Shown here: positions 29,731-39,171 of the stretch, one piece after another
Layout: each line of letters begins with the position of its first letter
How positions within the stretch are numbered: position 1 is the stretch's first letter
From: Muribaculaceae bacterium
Lineage (GTDB): Bacteria > Bacteroidota > Bacteroidia > Bacteroidales > Muribaculaceae
Direction: 5' to 3'
Assembly (NCBI GenBank): GCA_017462345.1
Contig: JAFTRI010000019.1
Location: 27,896 to 91,895, forward strand
Length of the DNA: 64,000 nucleotides
Made by a program: the position numbers and the translations under genes
The notes under the pieces: model-generated
The model's input: the letters and a program-made list of their open reading frames with translations, nothing else
The model's database searches: none
What the model was told of the DNA's origin: nothing

Positions 29731-32700
29731 CGGTCTCTACGTTTCTTTCGTGATGCCTTGTCATTAGTTGATGTGCCTGTTGAATCTGCCGGCTCGGGAG
29801 GTGGCGGAAGTATGCCTTCCTTGATGAGCAGCAGGGAGTCGGCATGGGAAATGGTGTCGGAAGCGATGTCACCGCTTGTCCCGGTATTGGAGATGCTGTT
29901 GCGCTTGACGTTAAGTTTTCCGAGACGGGCAACATTGACACCACGACGGAACACATTTTCAATCTGGTTCATGAGGTTGATGCGTGTAGTGTCGACGATG
30001 GCGATTTTCTGTCCTGACGCTTTTTCGTTGTATTTGGCTTTCCCTACCCTGATTTTCATATCGTCGGCGTTTCCGGTGATGTTTATGCCGAATTTGAACG
30101 GTAGCGGGGATTTCAGGACTGAAATGTGGTAATTGAGATTCAGTGCAAGATCGTTATGCCCCATTATACCAAGTCGATACCGGTCGATGTCAAACATGAA
30201 CGGGAACAGTTCGAGGGTAGAATTTTCTACCAGCATTTCGACTGTCATCTGGTCAATCATGTTACGTTTCTTATTCTTGAACATCAGCCACTTGGATAAT
30301 GTCTTGAAAGTCTCGGCATCAAGCAGCACGAGACTGTCGCCGTGAATCTTGATAGCTGCGTTGAGTGATGGTATGACAAGGTTCATTGCCGTGTCGACAT
30401 CGGTAGTGGCTGCGATGTCAGCGTCGATGACACCCTCGATGTCCTTCAGTAGAGGCATGAGTGAATCCACTGCCGGAATCATATTGAGTACCTTGTTGAC
30501 CTGGAGGTCTTTTATCTGTAGCCCGAAACCGAATTTAAGGTCTTTCTTGGTCGGAGCTGTGTAGAGTGCCGACATGCGTATGTCGCCCATGTCGGTTTTT
30601 GCCGACAGGTTGTGCAGATTCAATGCTCCGTTCAAGATGTAAAGATTGCCTCTGAACCGGTGCATCAGCAAGTCGGCATAGTAGACATTCCTGGCCTGCA
30701 GACTGACTGTCGCGTCGATGTTCATTGGAATGAGCAGCGCTGCACTCTTGCTTGTGTCGGTCTGCTGCTCTATTGCCATCTGGATGCTGTCTTCATCTTC
30801 GATGTGGCTTATCGAGACAGATGAGGCGGATTTCTCCGAGAATGCCGCTCCCGAGAATGCCGTCTGGGCGATCTCATTGATGTTTATCGTGTCACTGCTG
30901 ATCCTGAAATCTATATCCAGCGGAGTGCCGCGTCGGGATGTCAAGGCCCGGCGTATGTTCCTGATCGAGCCGTTTATGAGGAAATCGCTTTGCCCTACGG
31001 TGTATTTTATGTCGTGAAGCAATACGCTGTCGGTTGTAAAATCAAAATTTATGTTTGTCAATGTGTTGCGTAAAGGGAAATAGGGCGTGAACAGCCTTCC
31101 GCGTTTGGCGGTTATTGTTCCGTGAATGTTCCATCGGCGCAGTAATTGCTTCATTGAATTGTCGAGGTCAAAGTCCAGCATCTCGCTTTCGGTATTGACC
31201 GATGAGCGGTTATTGTTGCTGCGTTTTCTTGCTACAAGTGCAAGCCGGTAGATAGAGTCGGGAGCAAGTCCGGGGTACAGTCGGGATATCGAGTCGTATC
31301 GGGCCTGCATTTTTTTGCCCATTTTCTGGCGTTCTTTAAGGTGGGCTGTGATGTTCAGGTTCCCTTCTCTCAAAGACAACCGGTTGAGTTTGTCGCCGTA
31401 ACTTATGCGACGTGCATCGATGAGCAGGTTAAGTTCCGGGACTTTGGCTTTCTGGTTGAACCGTTTTAAAGATGCTTTGCACAGGATATTCCTTAGCCTT
31501 ATCCTTGATGAATCGGTCGAGCGGAAGTTGACGCGTTCGGCACTTATGGTTGCCCCTATGGGGTTGATTTGGGTCGAGTCGGTGCTTGATGCTATATTCT
31601 TGCATCCTACCCCGGCTTTGGCGTTCTTTATCATAAGCCGCATGCCGTCATACAGTACCAGTGCCGTATCGATTCTGACCGATGCTGTCAGTAACGAGTC
31701 CACCCGGCTACTGTCGGTTACAAAGCTGCTGTTTGTGCCGAACCGCAGGGTTGTTTCCCGAGTGTAGAATGAGGTTGCCGAGTCGGGAATGTCAAGCCGG
31801 AAATCGTTGAGGGTTGCAGAACCCGACAGGCGTGCATGGTGGAAATTCTTGCTTGACAGATGGCTTTTTCTCAGTTTTACTTCAGTGTCGGCAGTCAGCT
31901 TCCCTGAAATGATAGCCGGTAGGGAGTCTTTTATGAACGGAGGGAGACGGTCGAAGTTGATACTGCCGGTGAATTTGCCGCTCATCAGCGGGTCGGTGAA
32001 CGGATTCTTGAGTGAACCGTTGAGACTGGCCGATATTCCCATGCCGTCGATTGCAAAGGACTTGATTGTTGCCGATGACAGATTGGGCTTTTTGCCGTCA
32101 ACATGAAGCATGAGTGCCGCGGCAAATGCCTTCAGCCGGTAGCGTTCCTTGTAGGCAAGTTTTCCTTTGGGAATGTCGACAGTTATATCAAGTGACGGTA
32201 TTGCAGTGGTGTCGTTGAGATTGTAGGGGGACAGGAGCTCTATTCCTGCTCCAATTGTCAGGTCGGTTTTTATGTCGGCCAGTTCTGTGCGGTATTGTTC
32301 AGGAACGTGGGATATAAGTGCGTTTATCGGAGTCTGTGCTATGGTGAGGCTCAGGCTGTTGACCGTTATGGAATCATTGCAGTCAATGGAGGTGTCGATT
32401 GTCCCGTGAATTTCGTCAATGTCTACATTGAAATTCTCTAACGTGATGCGATATGGATTCCCGGGACTCCATTCGATTTTTCCGTTTAACCCTATAGGAA
32501 GACAGTTTTCCCTGACGAGAGGTGGCAACAGTGCTTTTACGTCACCGTTGACTGCTATGTCGTAGCGAGGGGCGCCGTTCCCGTCGATGTAGGTCTTGCC
32601 GAGTGTTATCCCTGCATCGATGCTGTCGCTAAGGGAAAAGTAGTTTATGGGAAGGGCATCGGTGATTGTGAACCGGTCGATGGCTATGTCGGGCAGTGAC

Positions 32701-33242
32701 ACTGATGAGGTGTCGTTATCTTCGGTCTCCGGTGATGGTGGTATGATGTTGTAGTTTGCCATGGAATCGTTGACAGCTACAAGGTTGACCATCGGTTGTT
32801 GCAGTTCGATGTCGTACAGTCCTATTTTGCCTGCTAAAAGGGATGAAATGTTTAATCCGCCATGAAAGTGTTTCAGTGTCAGCAGGGTGTCGGCATTTGC
32901 CGGAAGCCGTTTCCGTGTAATGCTGTCTACGCTTTCCAGGCTGTTGCTTACAATGGTGAGCGAATCGACATCGATTCTCATACGCGGGAATGTTTTCCAC
33001 ACGGTCAGCTCGACGTTACTGATTTTCGCTTGACCGTCAATGTATGCGTTGGCGTATTTCTCGACAATAGAAGTGAGCCTTTCGGGGGTAAGGAACAGTC
33101 CAATACCTCCGAGGAGAAGAACTGTCAGGGTAATTATTGTAGCCAGAATCCACAATAGGGCTTTTACCGTTTTTGACCATATCCCGTGCTTGTGTTTTGT
33201 TTTCGGCTTCTTTTGTGGCTTATTGTTTATGTTTTCCTCCAT
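29727..33242 (-). CDS. AsmA/TamB-like large envelope protein
   Basis: 1171 aa with a basic N-terminus and a single TM segment (ALLWILATIITLTVLLLGGIGLF). A long beta-rich repetitive body and a basic tail follow. The call rests on architecture only. Confidence 0.7.
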   Translation of the reverse strand: MEENINNKPQKKPKTKHKHGIWSKTVKALLWILATIITLTVLLLGGIGLFLTPERLTSIVEKYANAYIDGQAKISNVELTVWKTFPRMRIDVDSLTIVSNSLESVDSITRKRLPANADTLLTLKHFHGGLNISSLLAGKIGLYDIELQQPMVNLVAVNDSMANYNIIPPSPETEDNDTSSVSLPDIAIDRFTITDALPINYFSLSDSIDAGITLGKTYIDGNGAPRYDIAVNGDVKALLPPLVRENCLPIGLNGKIEWSPGNPYRITLENFNVDIDEIHGTIDTSIDCNDSITVNSLSLTIAQTPINALISHVPEQYRTELADIKTDLTIGAGIELLSPYNLNDTTAIPSLDITVDIPKGKLAYKERYRLKAFAAALMLHVDGKKPNLSSATIKSFAIDGMGISASLNGSLKNPFTDPLMSGKFTGSINFDRLPPFIKDSLPAIISGKLTADTEVKLRKSHLSSKNFHHARLSGSATLNDFRLDIPDSATSFYTRETTLRFGTNSSFVTDSSRVDSLLTASVRIDTALVLYDGMRLMIKNAKAGVGCKNIASSTDSTQINPIGATISAERVNFRSTDSSRIRLRNILCKASLKRFNQKAKVPELNLLIDARRISYGDKLNRLSLREGNLNITAHLKERQKMGKKMQARYDSISRLYPGLAPDSIYRLALVARKRSNNNRSSVNTESEMLDFDLDNSMKQLLRRWNIHGTITAKRGRLFTPYFPLRNTLTNINFDFTTDSVLLHDIKYTVGQSDFLINGSIRNIRRALTSRRGTPLDIDFRISSDTININEIAQTAFSGAAFSEKSASSVSISHIEDEDSIQMAIEQQTDTSKSAALLIPMNIDATVSLQARNVYYADLLMHRFRGNLYILNGALNLHNLSAKTDMGDIRMSALYTAPTKKDLKFGFGLQIKDLQVNKVLNMIPAVDSLMPLLKDIEGVIDADIAATTDVDTAMNLVIPSLNAAIKIHGDSLVLLDAETFKTLSKWLMFKNKKRNMIDQMTVEMLVENSTLELFPFMFDIDRYRLGIMGHNDLALNLNYHISVLKSPLPFKFGINITGNADDMKIRVGKAKYNEKASGQKIAIVDTTRINLMNQIENVFRRGVNVARLGKLNVKRNSISNTGTSGDIASDTISHADSLLLIKEGILPPPPEPADSTGTSTNDKASRKKRRDR

Positions 33243-33261
33243 AGTCTGGTGTTGCGTGGGT

Positions 33262-33987
33262 TTAATGTACTGTAATGTGGAAACAGCCTTGTTTCCGTTC
33301 GTATTTGACGTGGCATCTGTTGTCGTTACGCAGGTCGAAGAGGACTTCAGCGAGAAGATTTTTCAGATCGGCCTGTGTGCGTGGGATTGTAACCGAGTCG
33401 CAGATGAATTTTATGTAACTGATGTCGAATGTCGTTCCGAACTGATGGGCTGAAGTGTCTACTGCGTTTACATTTCTACGCCGTAACCTGGCTATCGAGG
33501 CCGGCGTGCGCAGGATGCTTGTCACTTTGATGCGGTAGCTCCCTCCTCCGCGTGATGCAAGAGAATCATTGAACCGTTGTCCTATTTCCCGAAGCAGTAA
33601 TTCTGCTTTGGGGACGAGAAACGGTAACGAATGGGTCAGGGAGTCGACAAAGTATTCCCTGCATGTCACGACCTTGACTACGGGCTGTCTCAGGTTCCAT
33701 GCCGAACGGGCATCAGTGACCGGGGAGATGCCTGAATGTATTGCCGAGGCGAGGTGCGTGTGGTTGCTGTCGTTGAATGTCCTTGCAAGTGAACGTATGG
33801 CTCTTGTCCGAAGCCTTATCCCTCCAGGTGGCATTGAATCGAAGTGAATCGTGTAGGGATTGAATGCTGAAGTGTCTTCCCCCAGAATGAGTGTCTCATC
33901 TGTTTCCTCGGGCAGTACCTTGTCTTCTCCGCAGGCAACTACGAGGGACAATGAGAGTATCCATATAATGAGCGGAAGCCGTGTCAT
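33262..33987 (-). CDS. lipoprotein with a LAS/M15-like metallopeptidase signature (DUF5715-like)
   Basis: The lipobox is LSLVVAC. SAHQFGTTFDISY resembles the SxHxxGxAxD zinc-ligand motif of VanY/M15 enzymes. The C-terminus is GCFHITVH. Confidence 0.55.
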   Translation of the reverse strand: MTRLPLIIWILSLSLVVACGEDKVLPEETDETLILGEDTSAFNPYTIHFDSMPPGGIRLRTRAIRSLARTFNDSNHTHLASAIHSGISPVTDARSAWNLRQPVVKVVTCREYFVDSLTHSLPFLVPKAELLLREIGQRFNDSLASRGGGSYRIKVTSILRTPASIARLRRRNVNAVDTSAHQFGTTFDISYIKFICDSVTIPRTQADLKNLLAEVLFDLRNDNRCHVKYERKQGCFHITVH

Positions 33988-33995
33988 CGCTGTAA

Positions 33996-34595
33996 TCAGT
34001 ATCCTACTGTCTGGACAAGCAGTATGCGTTTGTCGGCATCCAGTTCCAGTGCTTTGGCAAGAGCCTCTCCGTCAAAGCTGCCGCGGGCAACTGTCCCTAT
34101 ACCGTTGGATGCGCACCACAGGTAGATGTTCTGCATCACAGCTCCGGCTGCAACTCCGGCAAAGATATCATGTGCCATTTTGGCCTTGTCGCTTACGATT
34201 GCAATGTTGAGTGTCGCCTTTTGGGCGAATTCCTGTTGTCCTGAAAGGGAACGTATGTCGGAACTGTTGACCTCGCGCAACACGTTTGCTTTGGCGTCGT
34301 AACGGTATGCTCCATCGGGTGTGATGGCATAGATGCTTATTTCCTGACGGTTGAGGGCGGTGGGGATTGTGAGCTTGTCCTCACGGTTATACCCGCAAGC
34401 AGCCCAAAGCAGGTCGGCAAGCTGTTGGTGTGACAGCTGCCTTTCTGTATCGAATACGCGAGCCGATTTACGCTCGGAAAGTGTTTCCATCAGGGGTTTC
34501 CCTCCTGATTTCTGTGGTTGTGGCAGGGTTATGTCGGCAGCATTCATTGATATTGTTGCCATCAATATTAAGGACACAAGAGAATACCGTTTCAT
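33996..34595 (-). CDS. nitroreductase-family protein with an N-terminal signal peptide
   Basis: The sequence …RKSARVFDTERQLSHQQLADLLWAACGYNR… is a nitroreductase fold signature. Length is 199 aa. Confidence 0.78.
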   Translation of the reverse strand: MKRYSLVSLILMATISMNAADITLPQPQKSGGKPLMETLSERKSARVFDTERQLSHQQLADLLWAACGYNREDKLTIPTALNRQEISIYAITPDGAYRYDAKANVLREVNSSDIRSLSGQQEFAQKATLNIAIVSDKAKMAHDIFAGVAAGAVMQNIYLWCASNGIGTVARGSFDGEALAKALELDADKRILLVQTVGY

Positions 34596-34659
34596 AGGGA
34601 ATGATGTTTATTGCTGTAAAGATACCTTTTTCTCTGATATTTAGCAAATGCAACCGTCC

Positions 34660-36876
34660 TTATTGGAGGTAAAGGATTGTGGTTACGCTTTCTTTACCCA
34701 GGTAGTATAGTCGTGCACGTATTTCCTTGGATAATGTGCTGAACGGGGCTGAGTAGACTGCGGATGCCGCTGATGGTTCGCTTCCGTCGGTTGTGTAGCG
34801 TATCACAGCGTTTTCATAGGGCGAATTCATCATGATTGTCCCGTTTTCTTCCATTATGCCCGGCTGGCGCAGGCGGAAATTCATGCCGCGTACTGTGAGC
34901 CGTGGCAATTCCTTCTCTCCGATGATGCGGTTGAATTGTGCCGGGGAGTAAGTCTCACGGTTGTTCCATGCCCGTTCGGCAAGTCCGAGCATCTTTGGGA
35001 ACAGGTAGTATTGCAGTTGCGGGAACGAGCGCATTGTCTCGGCAAAAATATGACCTGAGATACCGATTACCTTGCCTTTGGTTGTAGAATCGGTGGGACA
35101 CAATGTCTCGGGATAGCCCGAAAGGGTAGCAAATTCGTCGACAGTACCGCCCCAGGTTAGTCCTGGTTCATAAGGATGGTAGTTGTATGACTGGTCAAGG
35201 TAAAAATGGTTGACGTTGCTTAATATCACGGGATAGCCGGCATTGACAGCCTGTTGTGTCACCCCTCCGTTCCCTTGCGATGCCAGTGTGCTCCAGCAGT
35301 TCACACCTCCTACGAGCGGAACTGTTGCGGCGTTGTATCCGTCGGTGTGCCCGATGGCTATTTCCTGCCATCCGTTCATGGGTATATTGCGTTCTGACAG
35401 TATTTTTGCTATCTGTCTGATGAACTTTGCATGCAATCCTTTTTCACCGTTGAGATTTTCGGATGAAATCATTTCAAGGGCTGCTCCCGAACCGTTCCAT
35501 GCGCCTCTCGGCACTTCGTCTCCTCCGATGTGTATCGCAGTCAACGGTACTTCAGCTTCACGGTACATCGAGTCTATTTCGGCGATGACCTTTTCCATGA
35601 ACCGGTATGGCCCGGGAAGAGCCGGATTCATCACGTTGTCATGGAACGCCTGGGCTGAGGTGTATCGTGATGTGTCGCCGTCTTCTATGAGCCTGTAGCT
35701 TGCATCACCGGTATTGCGGAAGCGGGCTTCCATCGCCTTGATGGCAGCGCGAGCGTGTCCAGGTGATTCTATTTCCGGAATAACGTCGATTCCTAATGAA
35801 TAACAATATTTCAGGAAGTCGATAAATTCACTGCGGGTAATGTATCCATTGGCAGTTCCCTCGGTTGTGTTCGGGTCTCCGTTGCCGGTAAATATCTGTA
35901 CGAGGTGCTTGCTTTCATCAAGGGTGTATCCGCGACGGGAGCCGAGATCGGTGAGTTCTGGTAATCCCGGTATTTCAAGACGCCAGGCCTCATCGTCGCT
36001 GAAGTGGAAATGCAGCTTGTTCATGCGGTAGCGTGCGAGAATCTGCGCTACGACCTGGAGATCAGCTGCTCTCTGGAAATTCCTTGCGATGTCAATCATC
36101 ACGCCACGATAGGGGAGGTCGGGATAGTCCTCGATGATTACGTTGGGCAGAAAACCGTTATCGGGAATATAGTTGTTGGTTGTCAAGACCCGTTCGGCGA
36201 TTTTCCGTGCCCGTTCAGATGCGTATTCGACCAGAATAGAGTCATCCTTGATGGTTATGCGGTAAAATTCAGGATTGCTGTGGCTTATCTTGTTACGGGT
36301 TATGTCGGAATTTCCCGTATAGTTCCCTCCGAGCAGCCTTACACTTTTGAATGATGGTATTACGTCATATACCCCTATGGTGTCATCGCTTTTAAGAGAC
36401 TCGTTGAATCGATAAATGTCATCACCGTAGGGCATCCGGTCCCTATCGGGCAATCCCCATTGGCGAGGGTGGCTTATTATGGATTTGCGTATGAACTTTA
36501 CGCTTGCCGTGTGCCCGTCGGTAGTGACGGAATGTACACCGTCGGGAGCGTAGCAGCGGTTGGCAAGAGTGCCGCGGGTGTGTATGTCGATGACTACGCT
36601 GTCGGCAAATGTCCCGAATTCAGGACTTTTAAGATAGTAGTACCCCGGAATTATCTCAACAATCGAGTCCTTTGGTGACAATGTGTGCATCTTGCGCGCA
36701 AACTGGTTGAAACACAGGCGCTCAATATTCTTGACATCATGTATTGTGAAACGCTGTATGTAATAATTCCCGGAATCGTCTTTGCTGTTGCCGAGGTTTT
36801 CCCATGTCACGGTTGTCATTGAGTGGGAAATGGCAAAAGAGAGTATCAGAAGTGCCGATAGTAATGTTCTGCGCAT
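34660..36876 (-). CDS. GH20 beta-N-acetylhexosaminidase (secreted)
   Basis: The sequences GVMIDIARNF…LHFHFSDDEAWRLE…HIGGDEVP include the catalytic D-E pair context. A signal peptide is present. Confidence 0.9.
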   Translation of the reverse strand: MRRTLLSALLILSFAISHSMTTVTWENLGNSKDDSGNYYIQRFTIHDVKNIERLCFNQFARKMHTLSPKDSIVEIIPGYYYLKSPEFGTFADSVVIDIHTRGTLANRCYAPDGVHSVTTDGHTASVKFIRKSIISHPRQWGLPDRDRMPYGDDIYRFNESLKSDDTIGVYDVIPSFKSVRLLGGNYTGNSDITRNKISHSNPEFYRITIKDDSILVEYASERARKIAERVLTTNNYIPDNGFLPNVIIEDYPDLPYRGVMIDIARNFQRAADLQVVAQILARYRMNKLHFHFSDDEAWRLEIPGLPELTDLGSRRGYTLDESKHLVQIFTGNGDPNTTEGTANGYITRSEFIDFLKYCYSLGIDVIPEIESPGHARAAIKAMEARFRNTGDASYRLIEDGDTSRYTSAQAFHDNVMNPALPGPYRFMEKVIAEIDSMYREAEVPLTAIHIGGDEVPRGAWNGSGAALEMISSENLNGEKGLHAKFIRQIAKILSERNIPMNGWQEIAIGHTDGYNAATVPLVGGVNCWSTLASQGNGGVTQQAVNAGYPVILSNVNHFYLDQSYNYHPYEPGLTWGGTVDEFATLSGYPETLCPTDSTTKGKVIGISGHIFAETMRSFPQLQYYLFPKMLGLAERAWNNRETYSPAQFNRIIGEKELPRLTVRGMNFRLRQPGIMEENGTIMMNSPYENAVIRYTTDGSEPSAASAVYSAPFSTLSKEIRARLYYLGKESVTTILYLQ

Positions 36877-36882
36877 GGTGGT

Positions 36883-37398
36883 TTATTGTGAAATTATGGA
36901 TTTTACGGCGTGATATAGGTTGGCACATCCGTTTTCGAGCAGGTCGAGGACGAGTTCAAATCCTTCTGCACCTTCATAGTACGGGTCAGGGATGTAGTCA
37001 TAACGTAGAGCCATGTCGACAAACCGTGCCATCGGGATTATTTTCGCGTCGGTCTCTGTTGTGGGTGACAGGCGACGGAGATTGGATTCGTTGGATGCAT
37101 CCATCGGAATTATGAGGTCGAAACGGTAAAAGTCTTCAGGGTTGACCTGGCGGCATCGGTGAGTGAGTTCCAGTCCCCGCCGGCGAGCATGTATCCTCAT
37201 GCGGTTGTCGGGCAGTTGCCCGATGTGGTAGCCGCCGGTTCCGGCTGAGTCTATTACCCAGTCGCGACTGTCACCGTTCTCCTCGACAATGTGTCGCATG
37301 ATGCCCTCGGCTGCCGGTGAACGGCATATATTGCCGAGGCATACGAAGAGTACTTTTACCGGACGGTTTTCTAATGTGGGGAAATCTATATGGGTCAT
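36883..37398 (-). CDS. low-molecular-weight protein-tyrosine phosphatase
   Basis: The CX5R(S/T) P-loop is VLFVCLGNICRSPAAEG, and a downstream DP motif (IPDPYY) is present. Confidence 0.9.
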   Translation of the reverse strand: MTHIDFPTLENRPVKVLFVCLGNICRSPAAEGIMRHIVEENGDSRDWVIDSAGTGGYHIGQLPDNRMRIHARRRGLELTHRCRQVNPEDFYRFDLIIPMDASNESNLRRLSPTTETDAKIIPMARFVDMALRYDYIPDPYYEGAEGFELVLDLLENGCANLYHAVKSIISQ

Positions 37399-37402
37399 TG
37401 TG

Positions 37403-38536
37403 CTATCGTTGTAATCGGTTATTCAAGTCTTTTATTATGCCTTGCGCTGTTGATGATGCGGCATTGCTGTCGCCAAGTGCTTTCCGCATGAGACTGTAGC
37501 CGTTGAGCATGTCGCTGCGCCCTTGTGTCCCCGGAAGGATGTCGCTTACTTTTCGGGATACTTCATCGGCGTTGCAGTGGTGCAGCAGCATCTCCGGTAC
37601 GATTGGGCTGTCGGCAATGAGGTTTGGCAGGGAGACATACTTTACTTTGAGTATGTGTTTGAACAGATTGTAGGAAAAACGGGAACCGTTTGCTCTGTAG
37701 CAGACGACTTGTGGTGTGCGCAATAACGCTGCTTCAAGTGTGGCGGTCCCTGATGTGACAAGGGCAATGTCGGCGTGTTTTATCAACTCGAATGTCACAC
37801 CGGTGACAACCGGCATGTTGCCGTACCGGTCATAAATGCTACGTTCTATTCCCGGTGCTCCGGCTATCACGGGGTTGTACATGGGGAAGCGTTTTGCCAC
37901 ATCGAGCATTACCGGCAGATTATTACGTATCTCTCCGCGACGGCTGCCCGGCACAAGTGCAAGGATAGGGCGGTCGGGCAAGTTGTGGGAGTCGAGGAAT
38001 GATGACCGTTCGGGGATGGATTTGGCACGGTTCTCAATCTCTTCGACCGATGGATTTCCTACATAGGTTATTTCATAATTGTGCCTGAGATAGAAGTCCT
38101 TTTCGAAAGGCAGTATCGAGAACAGGCGTGTCACGTATTTACGGATGTCTTTGACCCGGTATTCTTTCCATGCCCATACTTTAGGGGAAATGTAGTAGTA
38201 GACGGGGATGGAATGTTGCCAGGCGTGTCGTGCGATCTTGAGGTTGAAGCTCGGGTAGTCGATGAGTATTACCGCATCGGGGCACTCAGAGGTAATTGTC
38301 TGCTTTGCACGTTTGAGGTTGCCGAGGACTTTTGACAGATTCCGCAATACTTCGCTGAATCCCATGTATGCCATGTCACGGTAATGGATGAGCGGAGTGT
38401 TTCCTGCCGCCTGGGACATGAGATCTCCTCCGAGAAATGTGAACCGGGCCTGCGGGTCGTACTGTCGCAGGGCTTTTATCAGCCCGGCGGCATGTATATC
38501 ACCTGATGCTTCTCCTGCTGAAATAAAGTATCTCAT
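37403..38536 (-). CDS. lpxB: lipid-A-disaccharide synthase
   Basis: The N-terminus is MRYFISAGEASGDIHAAGLIKAL, followed by GT-B fold sequence through …TSGTATLEAAL…. I set the start at 38536. Confidence 0.92.
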   Translation of the reverse strand: MRYFISAGEASGDIHAAGLIKALRQYDPQARFTFLGGDLMSQAAGNTPLIHYRDMAYMGFSEVLRNLSKVLGNLKRAKQTITSECPDAVILIDYPSFNLKIARHAWQHSIPVYYYISPKVWAWKEYRVKDIRKYVTRLFSILPFEKDFYLRHNYEITYVGNPSVEEIENRAKSIPERSSFLDSHNLPDRPILALVPGSRRGEIRNNLPVMLDVAKRFPMYNPVIAGAPGIERSIYDRYGNMPVVTGVTFELIKHADIALVTSGTATLEAALLRTPQVVCYRANGSRFSYNLFKHILKVKYVSLPNLIADSPIVPEMLLHHCNADEVSRKVSDILPGTQGRSDMLNGYSLMRKALGDSNAASSTAQGIIKDLNNRLQR

Positions 38537-38567
38537 GATAGTCTGATGTTGTCTGTAATCACTTTTG

Positions 38568-38575
38568 CAAAGGTA
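38568..38575 (-). promoter_or_regulatory. -7 promoter box (TACCTTTG on the minus strand) for lpxB
   Basis: A perfect TAnnTTTG lies 32 nt upstream of the lpxB ATG. A second box (TAACTTTG, 38665-38672) lies further upstream. Confidence 0.5.
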
Positions 38576-38699
38576 ATAAAAATAAGTAAAGAGGATTGGG
38601 CATATCGGCACATCCGCACCGGTAAATTTCCAGAATGTCAATGAACTCTTTTTGTTCCGTTTGGCAAAGTTAATGCAGTCTGCTGCCCCAAAACATGCG

Positions 38700-39110
38700 A
38701 TTACGGCACTCGACCAATTCCTCTCCTAATGTAGGAGAGGTGGTGCGAAGCACCGGAGAGGTATGCTCGCACTATCAGGGAAAACGCGCATTAAATTCTT
38801 GTGTTAACAAAATTTAATGCGGGGGGGTAGGGGTATGCCCTTTTTGCATACCTTTGCACCGGGAAATCACAGGAGTGCAGTCAGGAGACAGCTTTGCTCC
38901 GGGGATGCATACCCCTCAGTCACTTCGTGACAGCTCCCCTAACCTAAGGGAGCACTTATCTGTCGCAGACTATTAGTGCGCCGCGACTCGCGGCAGTCCT
39001 CTCCTACCTTAGGAGAGGTGTCCGTAGGACGGAGGGGTACGACCACAGCAAAATAATTGGGTGTCGAGCCACTCGACAGTCCTCCCCTGAGGCAGGGCAG
39101 AGGGCTATGG
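38700..39110. repeat. cluster of at least 4 related REP-like hairpin repeat units
   Basis: The units are centred at about 38720-38761, 38933-38953, 38998-39040 and 39063-39105. They share a small GC hairpin, then (A)GTCCTCTCCT-loop-AGGAGAGG, then a second small hairpin (GTGCGAAGCAC or GTCCGTAGGAC), then GGAGRGGTA. Confidence 0.6.
38849..38856 (+). promoter_or_regulatory. orphan -7 promoter-like box TACCTTTG inside the repeat cluster
   Basis: The 10-mer TACCTTTGCA is the same one found upstream of tRNA-Gly, tRNA-Leu and lpxB in this window. No annotated gene lies within 300 nt downstream. Confidence 0.35.
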
Positions 39111-39171
39111 GACAGCATTAAAAAAGAAAAAGAATTGACAAATATTATATAACACTAAAAACATTGAGAGA

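Noticed and set aside
38640-39171. The structured intergenic region could be a known housekeeping RNA (tmRNA, RNase P RNA, SRP RNA or 6S) or a riboswitch.
   Set aside because: I could not find the hallmark motifs. There is no GGAAAGTCCGGGC / ACAGAACCCGGCTTA (RNase P), no tRNA-like TTCGA…CCACCA 3' end or tag ORF (tmRNA), and no GGAA-tetraloop domain IV sequence (SRP). The internal repetition fits REP-like elements better.
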